This document shows positions 24,457-35,872 of a DNA stretch of 64,000 bases, one piece after another. A program made the translations under genes and the position numbers. Below the pieces are notes generated by a model. The model was given only the letters and a program-made list of their open reading frames with translations, did no database searches and was not told the origin of the DNA. The number at the start of each line of letters is the position of its first letter. Position 1 is the first letter of the stretch. The stretch is from Octopus vulgaris (lineage: Eukaryota): contig OX597828.1 of the NCBI GenBank assembly GCA_951406725.2, forward strand, positions 49,476,001 through 49,540,000, written 5' to 3'.

Positions 24457-25145
24457 CTGCTGATGACGATTGGTCATTATATAAAGCCTCCGTTGCAGTG
24501 ACGGGTGAGCACTTCCCCCTCAGCCCACTCCTCACCCTAACCCTCCTCCTCCCACCATTATGTAAACAATAATTCTTCCCGTAATTACTCCAAATCACAA
24601 TTAAATTGACATCACTCTTGCTTTAATGGTGATAATTTTGTGTGACTTACCTACGTCCAACCACCACCACCTCCACCAATATCATCTCCACCACCACCTT
24701 CACCATTACCACCGCCTCCTCCGCCGCCGCCGCCACCACCACCAATATCATCTCCACCACCACCTTCACCACTGCCACCTGTACATACGTAGCGGCGGCA
24801 GCAGAGACAACAGGAGGAAAAGGAAGAGGAGAAGGAGGAGGAATGGGACGAGGGGAGGAGTGGGAGGAGGTTTCCACGTGATTCGGTAGTAAAATAAACA
24901 GAAAAAGAACCAAAGACAAAATACACAGACCCCCACACATACACACATACACACCCGCCCCACCGTTGTCACCGCAAGAACCGCCGCCACCACCACCACC
25001 ACCACCGCTGCCACCATCATAGCAACAACAACAATGAAAATAGTAAATTATTGCTTTTGACTTAAGCACAAGGTCTAAAATTGTGTACAGTCAATTTACA
25101 TTATTAACCCACTACACGACTGATACTTTTTTCTACCAACCCTTG

Positions 25146-25683
25146 CAGTTTCCCGTCTACCAAATCCACTCACAAGGCTTTGGGCGGCCCAAGGTTATAA
25201 TAGAAGACACTTGCCCCAGGTGCCACGCAGTGGGACTGAACTCGGATATTTTCGGCTTGAACGGCAGTTTTTTTTAGCGGTGTCATATGAAATTGTCACC
25301 CATAATTATAACCCTAGTATCGATCTATTGCATTTCAATCTGTTTTAGGGTTAGGGGTGGGGGAAGGGTATCTTTTTTTTCTTCACAAATGTAAATAAAC
25401 CCAATCTGTTTCTTAAATGAAGGACATATTCATACGGCACAGAATGTTTTTTTACCTCAATAGACGTCAGTGATTGGTTGAAATTGCAGAAATTGAAGAA
25501 AAAACAACAACAAATATCTAACAAACTATAGAATTTTCTCAATAAAGCCAAGAGAAAAAGATGTTTTATAAACACATTCTACAAGTATACGAAGTTTAAA
25601 ATTTTTTAGTTACATAGAAATTGTTAAAAACTGCCGTTCAAACCGAAAAGATCCCTGAACTCAGAACCACGTGATTGGGAAGG
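25146..25683 (-). mobile_element. SINE family A, 5' half, interrupted by a MITE
   Basis: CAGTTTCCCGTCTACCAAATCCACTCACAAGG...GGGACTGAACTC | MITE | CTGAACTCAGAACCACGTGATTGGGAAG. Confidence 0.85.
25244..25654. mobile_element. GGATC-ended MITE, copy 3
   Basis: Same TIRs as copy 1. Perfect 8-bp TSD CTGAACTC at 25236-25243 and 25655-25662. Confidence 0.92.
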
Positions 25684-26918
25684 GAGTACGGGAGCAATCA
25701 GCAAAATATTGTGTTTCTGGTGCAGTATAATATATAATATATCAATAATATAATATATCAGTGATGCCATATCATATCTTCGCAGTACAATACCAGTGTA
25801 ATAACAACATCAATGCAGTATAGAACCAATAAAGTTTAATATCAATAGAATATAAACCCAATATAATACGGCATCTATGAAGTATTAAGATCAATATACA
25901 ATAATATCGATACAATAAACCATCAATACACCATGACATCAAAACAGTCCTGTATCAATAAAACCCATCAAACATGGTGGCCAGATTAAATAGACGTGAA
26001 ATATGGTTTAATGGTTTGTGTATGTATGTATGTGTATGTATATATGTATGTGTGTATGTACGTATGTATATGTGTGTGTGTTCATATATATGTGTGTGTG
26101 TACATATATATGTGTGTGTGTATATGTATGTGTATGATGTATGCATGTGCGTATGTGTGTATGTATGTGTATAGTAGGTATGCATTCGTATGTATCTATG
26201 TGCGTGTGTCTCTATGTATTTGTATGTATTTATGTATATGTATGTATATATACATAATAGAGATAACTCAGCTAAGCCAGCGACTGATATTTAGAGAAAA
26301 AAGACGAATAAAATTATATTAAATACCATACAAGTGTAATCCTTAATTTACCGAAATTATTTTCGCTTCCTGAGAAGCTAAGAATATAATCTGATGGAAA
26401 TTGCCACTAACTCCGAATGAGGAAAGGCAATCTCACGAATCAGGAATTGACATGTCATAAATGAAAAAAATAAAAACAAAAAACAAAACAAAAATAGCCT
26501 GTTTGTCAAAAAATAGGAGGGGAGCTATGAACGCTTATTTCTACTTCAATAAGCTTCATCAGCACAGCAGCTGTTTTTATCTTGACTGCAGCAGACAAAA
26601 AAATTAGATATATATACAAAAAAAAAAGTTGGGAACTGTTATTACTTAGAATAATTTGAGGAAGTAAAATAAAAATGAGTCGAGAGAAATTACTTGGAGC
26701 CCATGGCATACGTTTGAACAATAATGACAGATAAAGGTATAAATTCATAATGTATTAAAATTATCTTTACTGTATACATGTGTGTGTGTGTATGAATATA
26801 TATATTTGTATGTATATATATATACATACTACATACATATATGTGTGTGTATAGTATGTATGTATATGTATATACACACAAATATATATTCATATCTATA
26901 TACCTATATACATATTAC

Positions 26919-27019
<101 letters not shown>

Positions 27020-27941
27020 AACTCGGATTTATCAAAGATAATTTCAATTAATCAGGAATCCACACACACACACACACACACATTTGTATATGCGCGCAAA
27101 TACGTACGTAAAGATGAAAATTAAATATTTGTGTGCAAAACACATTATTAAGTATTAAAAACAAAAGTACCAAAACAATATATAACACATAAAGACTTCT
27201 GAAATAGTTTCAGACGAGAGAACACAGAGGAAAACCGAAAATCGAAACATGGCGGATATTTTAATGATGGCGGAGACTTTCTGATCGTTTGGTGTTTTCA
27301 TGACTGAAATTTAATTACAATAACCATATTGAAGAAATATTTCACTGATACTTGTCTGTAACAACATGATCTAGTGTTTCCTTCCGAAATTTTTGTTTTG
27401 TCTTGTTCTTAAATATCAGCTTGAAGATTAAAGATTATTCCTTTTCATCTTGCAAAGCTGTCATCATCCATTATTATGACTATTGATCATCTCATTCGGC
27501 TATGTAGGAAACTAGCTATTGCAGGGAGGAAGGAGTGACTGTAATCGATTAAATTAAGATCATTATCTTGTTCGTACTTATTGTTTAGCCCTTGGAAGAG
27601 AAAGCCGGTTCTGATTTTTGGACAGTAAGGCAGCGGATGCAAAAAGAGACAATTATCTCAACGTTAACTTACAAGATTTTAATGTAAGGAGAATATTTAT
27701 TATAGAGTAAATCATTAATTCGAGGGAGAAAACAGCAACAAGTCAATTTGACGGGACATGAATCACAACATAACTATTACGGGTTTAACATCATTGAAGA
27801 TTTTTCACAACATTGCAGCATCGCTTTACTATTCAGTTTCTTAAAGTAAGAACTGTGAATAGATTCATAGATAGATAGGTTGGTAGATAGAAATGTAGAT
27901 AGACAGATAGGTAGATAGACACTCAAACAGACAGATATATT

Positions 27942-28007
<66 letters not shown>

Positions 28008-28082
28008 AAGACAGGCAGACAGACAAGTTGGCTGGTAAACAGACAGACAGACAAGTTGGCTGGTAAACAGACAGACAGACAA

Positions 28083-28450
28083 TTAGCGGTATTTCGTCTG
28101 CCGCTACGTTTGAGTTCAAATTCCGCCGAGGTCGACTGTGCCTTTCATCCTTTCGGGGTCGATTAAATAAGTACCAGTTATGCACTGGGGTTGATATAAT
28201 CGACAATTCGTTAGTCTGTTCTTGTTTGTCCTCTGTGTTTAGCCCCTTGAGGGTAGTAAAGAAATAGGTATTTCGTCTGTCTTTACGTTCAGAGTTCAAA
28301 TTCCGCCGAGGTTGACTTAGCCTTTCATCCTTTCGGGGTCGATAAATTAAGTACCAGTTGTGTACTGAAGTCGATGTAATCGACTTCTTCCGTTTGTCTG
28401 TCCTTTTTTGTTCCGTCTATGTTTAGCCCCTTGTGGGCAATAAAGAAATA
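28083..28450 (+). mobile_element. SINE family B tandem dimer
   Basis: The second unit restarts at GAAATA|GGTATTTCGTCTG (~28267). Confidence 0.85.
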
Positions 28451-29033
28451 AAATAGATAAAAAAAAAATAACCTTAAATACCCACCAATTACTGTTTCAG
28501 CAGAGAAATTTTTGGATGAAGTTTTACGTTTCTGGGAAATGAATTCCTTAAAAACCAGGTAACATATTCTTAAGAGATAACAAGCACCCACATACAGTGA
28601 ACTAAGGCATTATCAAATATGGCGAAACAAAGCAGGAAGTGGCGAGGCATTGTTTCAAAGGGAGAGAGATCAACAACGGACTTCTAAGGAAAATTATTCA
28701 AGTAAAAGAAAATCGTATAAGACGTATAGACAAGGAGTAGACTAAGCCGGTTTATATAACTAACAAAGTTACGTTGAAGAGGAATACAGACGAATAAACC
28801 AGACGAATGCATAATACATCTATGTATAGAAGCTGTAATGTAAACACATCGTTATTCAAAGAAAACCAAACGTAGGTAAATACACAAGAAACACCCAGAC
28901 ATACAAATATAGGACGGCAACGGAAATACAATAATTTACAAACATATGCAAATATATTTCTGTATTTGAATAAGTGAAAATGTAAATATATATGTATATA
29001 CAAAAATACATGTATTCATAGAAATCACAGATG

Positions 29034-29034
<1 letters not shown>

Positions 29035-29087
<53 letters not shown>

Positions 29088-29144
29088 TGTGTGTGTGTGT
29101 GAATGTGTGTGTGTGTGTGTGTGAATGTGTGTGTGTGTGTGTGA

Positions 29145-29189
<45 letters not shown>

Positions 29190-29202
29190 TGTGTGTGTGT
29201 GA

Positions 29203-29301
<99 letters not shown>

Positions 29302-29910
29302 TGTGTGTGTGTGCGCGCGCGTGCGTGCGTCTGTGTATACATGCATACATACATATACATATGTATTTTAGATAGAAAGTTATATATATATATGTATATG
29401 CATAAACATATACAAACATATTTACATATATATATATATATATATACGTATATATCTATATATATATATATATATACACATGCTCATACACACACACACA
29501 CATATACACATATACATACATATATACACACACATACATGCATACATGCTTACATATGTACATACAAGCATACTCACGCAGGTACCTATATACATACATA
29601 CATACACATACATACATACCCACATACATATGTACATACATGCATACATACATACGTATGTACATATATACATACACACATATATACATCCATCCATACA
29701 TACATACAGGCATCCATCCATCCATCCATCCATCCATCCATCCATACATACATACATACATACATACATACATACATACATACATACATACATCCATCCA
29801 TCCATCCATCCATCCATCCATACATACATACATCCATCCATCCATCCATCCATCCATCAATACATACATACATACATACATACATACATACATACATACA
29901 TACATACATG
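29035..29910. repeat. (TG)n, (TA)n and (CATA)n/(CATC)n arrays
   Basis: Directly visible. Confidence 0.95.
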
Positions 29911-30134
29911 CAGGGGCTGCTTTCTTGTATACGAGCAAAGCCATTGATAGAAAGGGTCATTGAAATGAGTCATTGATAATGCAATGCAAGGCCCTTCTAT
30001 CACTGTTGAACCCCACCCTGCCAAAAATTTGCCCATTTTATTGCATAATACATAGTTGTATATCAGATATATCACATTTCTAAGAATTTCTGTTGACTGA
30101 ATAAGTTATAATCGAAAACAATGATAACAATAAC

Positions 30135-30350
30135 CCTTTCCACTATAGAGAGGCACAAGACCTGATATCTTGGGGGGGGGTCAGCTCTAGTCGATTACAT
30201 CGTCTCCAGTGTTCAGCTGGTATTTATTTTATTGACCCCCGAAAGGATGCAAGGTAAAGTTAGTCTCGGCGGAATTTGAACTCAGAACGTAATGTCGGAC
30301 AAAAACGCTGCTAAATATTTTGTGCTAACGATTCTGCTAGCTCGCTGCCT
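30135..30350 (-). mobile_element. SINE family B, older subfamily with the CTTGTGCCT tail
   Basis: AGGCACAAGACCTGA...GAAAGGATGCAAGGTAAAG...TCTGCTAGCTCGCTGCC. Confidence 0.75.
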
Positions 30351-30557
30351 TGATGATGACGATGATGATTATGATGATGATGATGATGATGGTGATGGTG
30401 ATGGTGATGGTGGTGGTGGTGGTGGTGGTGGTGATGGTGTTGATGATGATGGTGATGATGATGGTGACGATGATGGTGATGATGGTGACGATGATGGTGA
30501 TGGTGGTGGTGGTGGTGATGATGATGGTGTAGATGGTGATGGTGGTGGTGGTGGTGG

Positions 30558-30609
<52 letters not shown>

Positions 30610-31439
30610 GATGATGGTGATGATGATGGTGGTGGTGATGAAACATTGATAAGATTTAACAAAACGTGAGCAAGTAACAAATTCGGTTGGGCTTGTTTCG
30701 AAGTTAAGAGGTCGTTTTAGAAAAGAAGCTTGAAGTTATTGTTATCATAGGGCAATCTTAGAGGGGAGAGAGAGAGAGAGAGTAAAGAAAACGATAAACG
30801 GAGGTCTAGAAAAAAAATCAAAAGGTAAAAACAATCATAAGAAACTTAAACGAACATACCAATAAACAAATACACAAATAAACGACTATGAAGATAACAA
30901 CAACAACAAAAAATAAAAATGGATGACGAGAAAAGATCGATTGTTATATATTATAGGAAACACGGGGAAACATGTAAAGATGTGGAGTGAACTTTTAATG
31001 ATGTTGAATAAATGTTCTGGCGAATACTTATAACGTAAGCAATTAGAATTAAGTAAGAAATTATTCGTAATTCTTCATTCAGTAAGATTAGTTTAATTGC
31101 TTTGACACACAGATTAGTAGTTTGTTTGGATTATAGTTCAACCAGTACGACCAGAGACTCTTTACAACAATCCTCTTATTGTGTGCAATAATCTGAACAT
31201 TTCTGCCAGCGTTAAGTGAAAAAAGATCTTGATGGAAGAAATCAAAAGTATTTTAATTAAGCTCATAATCCGGGTCTTGTAAATCTTGGAAATCTATAGT
31301 CACAGGCAAGTACTTGATTATTACCAACTTAATGATGTTAGGCGATTACTATATAAGATTTGTTTAAGATTGGCTGTGCCCCAGCATGGCCACAGCTCGT
31401 GAGCTGAAACTAGATAAAATAAAATAAAATTTAAAAAAT

Positions 31440-31992
31440 TGGCTACGACAATAAGTGTTCCAGTCGATCCGATCAATGGAACAGCCTGCTCGTGAAATTA
31501 ATGTGCAAGTAGTCGAGTACTCCACAGACACTCGAACCCTTAGTGCAATTTTCAGGGAAATTCAGTGTGACACACCGAATGTGTTGAGGCTGTCTCTTTG
31601 AATTACATGTACAACTCAAAGCGGCAAACTGGCAGAAACGTTAGCATGCCGGGCGAAATGCGTAGCCATATTTCGTCTGCTGCTATGTTCTGAGTTCAAA
31701 TTCCGCCGAGGTCCACTTTGCCTTTCATCCTTTCGGGGGTCGATAAATTAAGTACCAGTTACGCACAGGGGTCAATATAATCGACTTCATCCGTTTGTCT
31801 GTCCTTGTTTGTCCCCTCTGTGTTTAGCCCTTTGTGGGTAGTAAAGAAATATATGTGTACAACTCATTTTTGCAGCTTGAGTGGACTGGAACAAAGTGAA
31901 AGAAAGTGTCTTGCTCAATGATACAATGTGACGCCAGGAATTGAACTCGGGACCTAACGATCGGGTCTAGCCATTAAGCCACTTGCTTTCTC
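31440..31992 (-). mobile_element. SINE family C with a nested SINE B
   Basis: TTCCAGTCGATCCGATCAATGGAACAGCCTGCTCGTGAAATT...AAAGTGTCTTGCTCAA...GGAATTGAACTC. Confidence 0.8.
31620..31852 (+). mobile_element. SINE family B, nested in SINE C
   Basis: TSD TGTACAACTCA at 31608-31618 and 31856-31866. Confidence 0.9.
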
Positions 31993-32049
31993 ATGTTAAA
32001 GACCGAATAATATGATATATGCATGTACAAGGGCGGGAATAGTGGGGTT

Positions 32050-32445
32050 TCTTTTTTCTTTATTTGCTTCAGTCATTTGACTGCAGCCATGCTGGAGCAC
32101 CACCTTTAGCCGAGCAAACCGACCCCAGGACTTATTCTTTGTAAGCCTAGTGCTTATTCTATCGGTCTCTCTTGCCGAACCGCTAAGTGACAGGGACGTG
32201 AACACACCAGCATCGGTTGTCAAGTAATGTTGGGAGGACAAACACAGACACACAAACATACACATACAAACACACACACACACACATATATATGATGAGC
32301 TTCTTTCAGTTTCCATCTACCAAATCCATTCACAAGGCTTTGGTCGACCCGAGGCTATAGCAGAAGACACTTGTCCAAGGTGCCACGCAGTGTGACTGAA
32401 TCCAGAACCATGTGGTTGGTAAGCAAGCTACCTACCACGCAGCCA
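32050..32445 (-). mobile_element. SINE family A, full length
   Basis: Matches the other copies end to end. Confidence 0.9.
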
Positions 32446-33087
32446 AATGATAAGGAAGTATATGCCGGGGTTAGCTGGATCCGGTTTGCATTAAATAGTG
32501 CGAACCGGCTGATAAATCTTGAGCCTCGAACGTCTCCTCCCTATTGAGGATCACACATTGTTGATTTTTTGTTTTGTGTTTTATAATTTTGTTAGTCTTG
32601 TTCACACGCAAAACCCTCACGACACACACTCCCATACCCACACATATAGTCTTTTGTTTTGTCCTGTACTGTCCATAATGTTTTTCTCAATGTAAATGCT
32701 TGTGGTTAATAAAGAATTTGCTATCATTATTTTCTTTTTCCTTCTTTCTTCAAATTTTCTTCCATTTCTCGCTGATTGTTTTCTATACATCTAGGGCAGA
32801 GAAGCTCATTGTATACATTCCCAGATTACACACACAAATTCACAGGTAAAATATGTATTTAAAAAATGAATAACTAAATAAATTCATAAATGGATGTTGT
32901 TTTCACAGTGATAATGTTCTTCTCAGTACATGAGTCACTCCAGTTAACACGATTTTTTGTACTTTTATTACTGAGACAGTACGAAAAGGAATAATGTCAA
33001 TCCGCCCACTCTCTCTTACAATGCACTTGACTTCCGGTCGCTTTTTGGTGTTTAGGACATTTCTATTTTAATATTAAATTCTGAAGA

Positions 33088-33695
33088 AGATGGCAAGCTG
33101 ACAGAGTCGTTAGCACGACTTACTCTTTTACTTGTTTCAGTCATTTGACTGTGGCCATGCTGGAGCACCGCCTTTAATCGAGCAGCTCGACCCCGGGACT
33201 TATTCTTTTTTGTAAGCCCAGTACTTATTCTATTGGTCTCTTTTGCCGAACCGCTATGTAACGGGGACATAAACACACCAGCATCGGTTGTCAAGCAATG
33301 CTAGGGGGACAAACACAGACACACAAACACACACACATATATATATATACATATATACGACAGGCTTCTTTCAGTTTCCGTCTACCAAATCCACTCTCAA
33401 GGCATTGGTCGGCCCGGGGCTATAGCAGAAGACACTTGCCCAAGATGCCACGCAGTGGGACTGAACCCGGAACCATGTGGTTGGTTAGCAAGCTATTTAC
33501 CACACAGCCACTCCTGCACCTATGCTTAGTGACATTTTAACAGACTTTACCTTATGAGTTCAAATTCTGCTGAGGTCGACTTTATTTTTCATCCCTTCAG
33601 GGTAGATAAAATAAGTATCAGTTGAACGCTAGTGTCGATGTAATCGACTTACCCCTCCCACGAAATTGCTGGCCTTAAGCCGAAATTTGAAACCA
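33088..33695 (+). mobile_element. Old SINE family B split by a SINE A
   Basis: GGCAAGCTGACAGAGTCGTTAGCACG | SINE A | ATGCTTAGTGACATTT...GAGTTCAAATTCTGCTGAGGTCGAC. Confidence 0.7.
33119..33520 (-). mobile_element. SINE family A, full length
   Basis: Matches the other copies end to end. Confidence 0.9.
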
Positions 33696-33756
33696 ATATT
33701 AAGTCCAGAAGACTGATAAAATTTTTTGCTTTGATGTGAGTGAGAAGATATGCTGA

Positions 33757-33829
33757 GACCCTGGGATTCGAACTCACAACCTCACGATTGTAAGCTCGAT
33801 GCTCTAACTACTGAGCCATGCGCCTTCAC
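33757..33829 (-). mobile_element. tRNA-like SINE head related to family C
   Basis: Reverse complement GTGAAGGCGCATGGCTCAGTAGTTAGAGC...GAGTTCGAATCCCAGG. Confidence 0.75.
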
Positions 33830-33862
33830 TGAGAAGATATAGAAGAATATATATAACTGTGT

Positions 33863-34239
33863 GTGCATGGTTAGGGCGTTGGGCTCACAATCATGAGGGA
33901 GTGAATTCGATTCCCAGACCGGGATGCGTGTTGTGTTCTTGAGCGAGACACTTTGTTTCACGTTTCTCCAGTTCACTCAGCTGTAGAAACGAGTTGCGAC
34001 GTCACTGGTTCCAAGCTGTATCGGCTTTGCATGGAGATGGGAGGCTGGTATGCCTGGGCGACTGCTGGTCTTCCAAGATCCCCTTTGGTCATGAATGACC
34101 ATGGGATTGCACCTAGAAAGTTCCCCTCCAAGGCACAAGTCCGAGCAAGGTTATTTATGGAAGACCAGCAGTCGCCCAGGCATACCAGCCTCCCATCTCC
34201 ATGCAAAGCCGATACAGCTTGGAACCAGTGACGTCACAA
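33863..34239 (+). mobile_element. SINE related to family C with a fold-back 3' part (78-bp perfect inverted repeat)
   Basis: tRNA/CORE-like head at 33863-33990. Arms 33998-34075 and 34158-34235 are exact reverse complements. Confidence 0.85.
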
Positions 34240-34432
34240 TGAACAATTTCATTTAGAATGGTTGATCCTCTCAATTTCGATACCATATGACAAAGGCAAG
34301 AAATTCTGTCTTCTCTGCAATTCTGAGCTATTTTTCATTATTTTTTCTAAAAATACTCTAGTAAACACGGTTATAGAACGAGCATACAGATGTAAGCATT
34401 GGCAGAAACATACTTTTAGTGCATATAAGTAG
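34238..34432 (+). pseudogene. C-terminal end of a Penelope-like element ORF (GIY-YIG-associated, Naiad-like)
   Basis: Open frame absent from the ORF track: NEQFHLEWLILSISIPYDKGKKFCLLCNSELFFIIFSKNTLVNTVIERAYRCKHWQKHTFSAYK*. It fits the W-x-I...Y...C-x-L-C-x-x-E...L-x-N...E...C-x-H pattern. Confidence 0.7.
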
Positions 34433-34631
34433 TCTCTATCATTATATATAGTTTAAACTTTATTTCCTTTATATTTAACATTCACTATTAATATCCCTAG
34501 TCTTTCTGTTAGCTACTTATGACGTTATATCATATAACGTTTTTTTAAACAATATTAATAGCGTTCTGTCTATCGCTATACGAATCCATCATTTTTTGCT
34601 AAAATGTCGTATTGACAAGTTTCGTTTTTTC

Positions 34632-34717
34632 ACTTTCCCGAAGAGAAGATTGCATTGTTTATACCTTTTATTCTTTTGAATAGTATCAGTGGAATTTTCG
34701 AAACATATGTAGAAAGT
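34632..34717 (+). ncRNA. Type I hammerhead ribozyme
   Basis: Stem I ACUUUC/GAAAGU, core CCGAAGA, stem II GAAGAUU...AAUUUUC, GAAA, palindromic CAUAUG stem III and a GUA triplet. Predicted cleavage after 34711. Confidence 0.8.
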
Positions 34718-34906
34718 AAAAATACTTGTTTAAACCTGCGTTAACTCCATTTTTTATTCATATTATTCAAAATATTCAACGTAAACACGAAGTTTCAACC
34801 TTTATAAACAAGGAGTTACAACATCTTTACTTGTGAGATTTTTGCTGCCCTGGTAACTATTTATTTATTTTTCCGTGTTAATTGTTAACAAGGTAAAATA
34901 CACTCA

Positions 34907-34954
<48 letters not shown>

Positions 34955-35631
34955 CCTGTGTGTGTAGATAATTATGTGTTTTTCATATATGTTTACACCC
35001 TCGCCCAATCTCTCACTTTGTCACTTCTCATTTTCTCTCATACTTCCCTTCTTATCACAATTATTTAAGCCAATCATTGTTACAGTATCTCTGTGTCGGG
35101 CTGTTTAATACACTGTAACTGTATCTTTTTATTTCCCTATCTTTTTAACTTTCCACTTATTTTCGAAATTGTTTAAAGGCTTATAAATACTCTCCTGTTC
35201 AATTATCTGGCATTTCTTCTTTGTTCACCTAACATTCTCGGTTTCTAACCTTCTCACACAACTCCTTTTGCTTGGTTATCACTCTTTCTACCTGATCTAT
35301 GCATCAACATCAGTTTTTTTTCCCCCCAGTAATCTCCTAACTCTTAGATGAAGGGTCATAACCATGAATCGTTATACTTGGACATTCCTCGAAGCAAATA
35401 AACTTTACAATATTTCGATTCCAATAATCACCAGGTTACACAAATTCCAGATTTTATGCTATTTTAATCTGGAGTTTTAAAATCTCAGAATGGAAGACTA
35501 TCTTATTGGTGATATTGGAATATATATTGTACAAAACCCACGGTTAAAATTTTAGTAGCTTTGCGATTTGCTCGCCATTGATTGGTTGTCGTTGGTCAGT
35601 CGATGGATTTAAATTTCCAGTTACTCTGCCT

Positions 35632-35872
35632 GCCCAAGAGTCAGTATATTCGATCACAAAACATTATATCTAATCAAGAGTAACTATATTGGGTCAAGAG
35701 TAGCTATAGCCAGTCATATGACTCTGTACCTAGTCAAAAGTAACTACACCCAGCCGAGTCATTAAACTTGGCCAAAGATCACCATACTCAGTCAAAAATC
35801 ACTCTACCATATCAAGGCTCTCTGTGCCTAGTCAGAAGTCACTATACCCGGTCAAAGGTCACTATATTCGGC
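35632..35872. repeat. Degenerate 20-bp minisatellite, about 12 units (consensus ~AGTCAARAGTCACTATACCY)
   Basis: Units include AATCAAGAGTAACTATATTG, AGTCAAAAGTAACTACACCC, AGTCAGAAGTCACTATACCC and GGTCAAAGGTCACTATATTC. Confidence 0.8.

Larger units (their letters stand above)
34238..34942 (+). mobile_element. 5'-truncated Penelope-like retroelement ending in (TA)n
   Basis: ORF end, AT-rich 3' region with a hammerhead fold, then (TA)n at 34909-34942. Confidence 0.7.

Noticed and set aside
32505-32540. CTGATAAATCTTGAGCCTCGAACGTC as a hammerhead
   Set aside because: No convincing stem II or GAAA.
33973-34235. Hairpin as a pre-miRNA gene, or overlapping sense/antisense ORFs
   Set aside because: The arms are SINE-derived and perfectly paired around an 82-nt loop; the mirrored ORFs are a by-product of the palindrome.
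34433-34630. Possible SECIS in the 3' region of the Naiad-like element (ATGACGTTATAT...ATATAACGT hairpin)
   Set aside because: Lacks the 3' GA of the quartet and the apical AA, and the cysteines in the visible frame are TGT/TGC rather than TGA.
35340-35375. TAGATGAAGGGTCATAACCATGAATCGTTA as another hammerhead
   Set aside because: Core and GAAA are both mutated and stem I does not close; at most a decayed relic.
35632-35872. CRISPR-like array
   Set aside because: The units are contiguous degenerate tandem repeats without unique spacers, the context is eukaryotic, and there are no cas genes.
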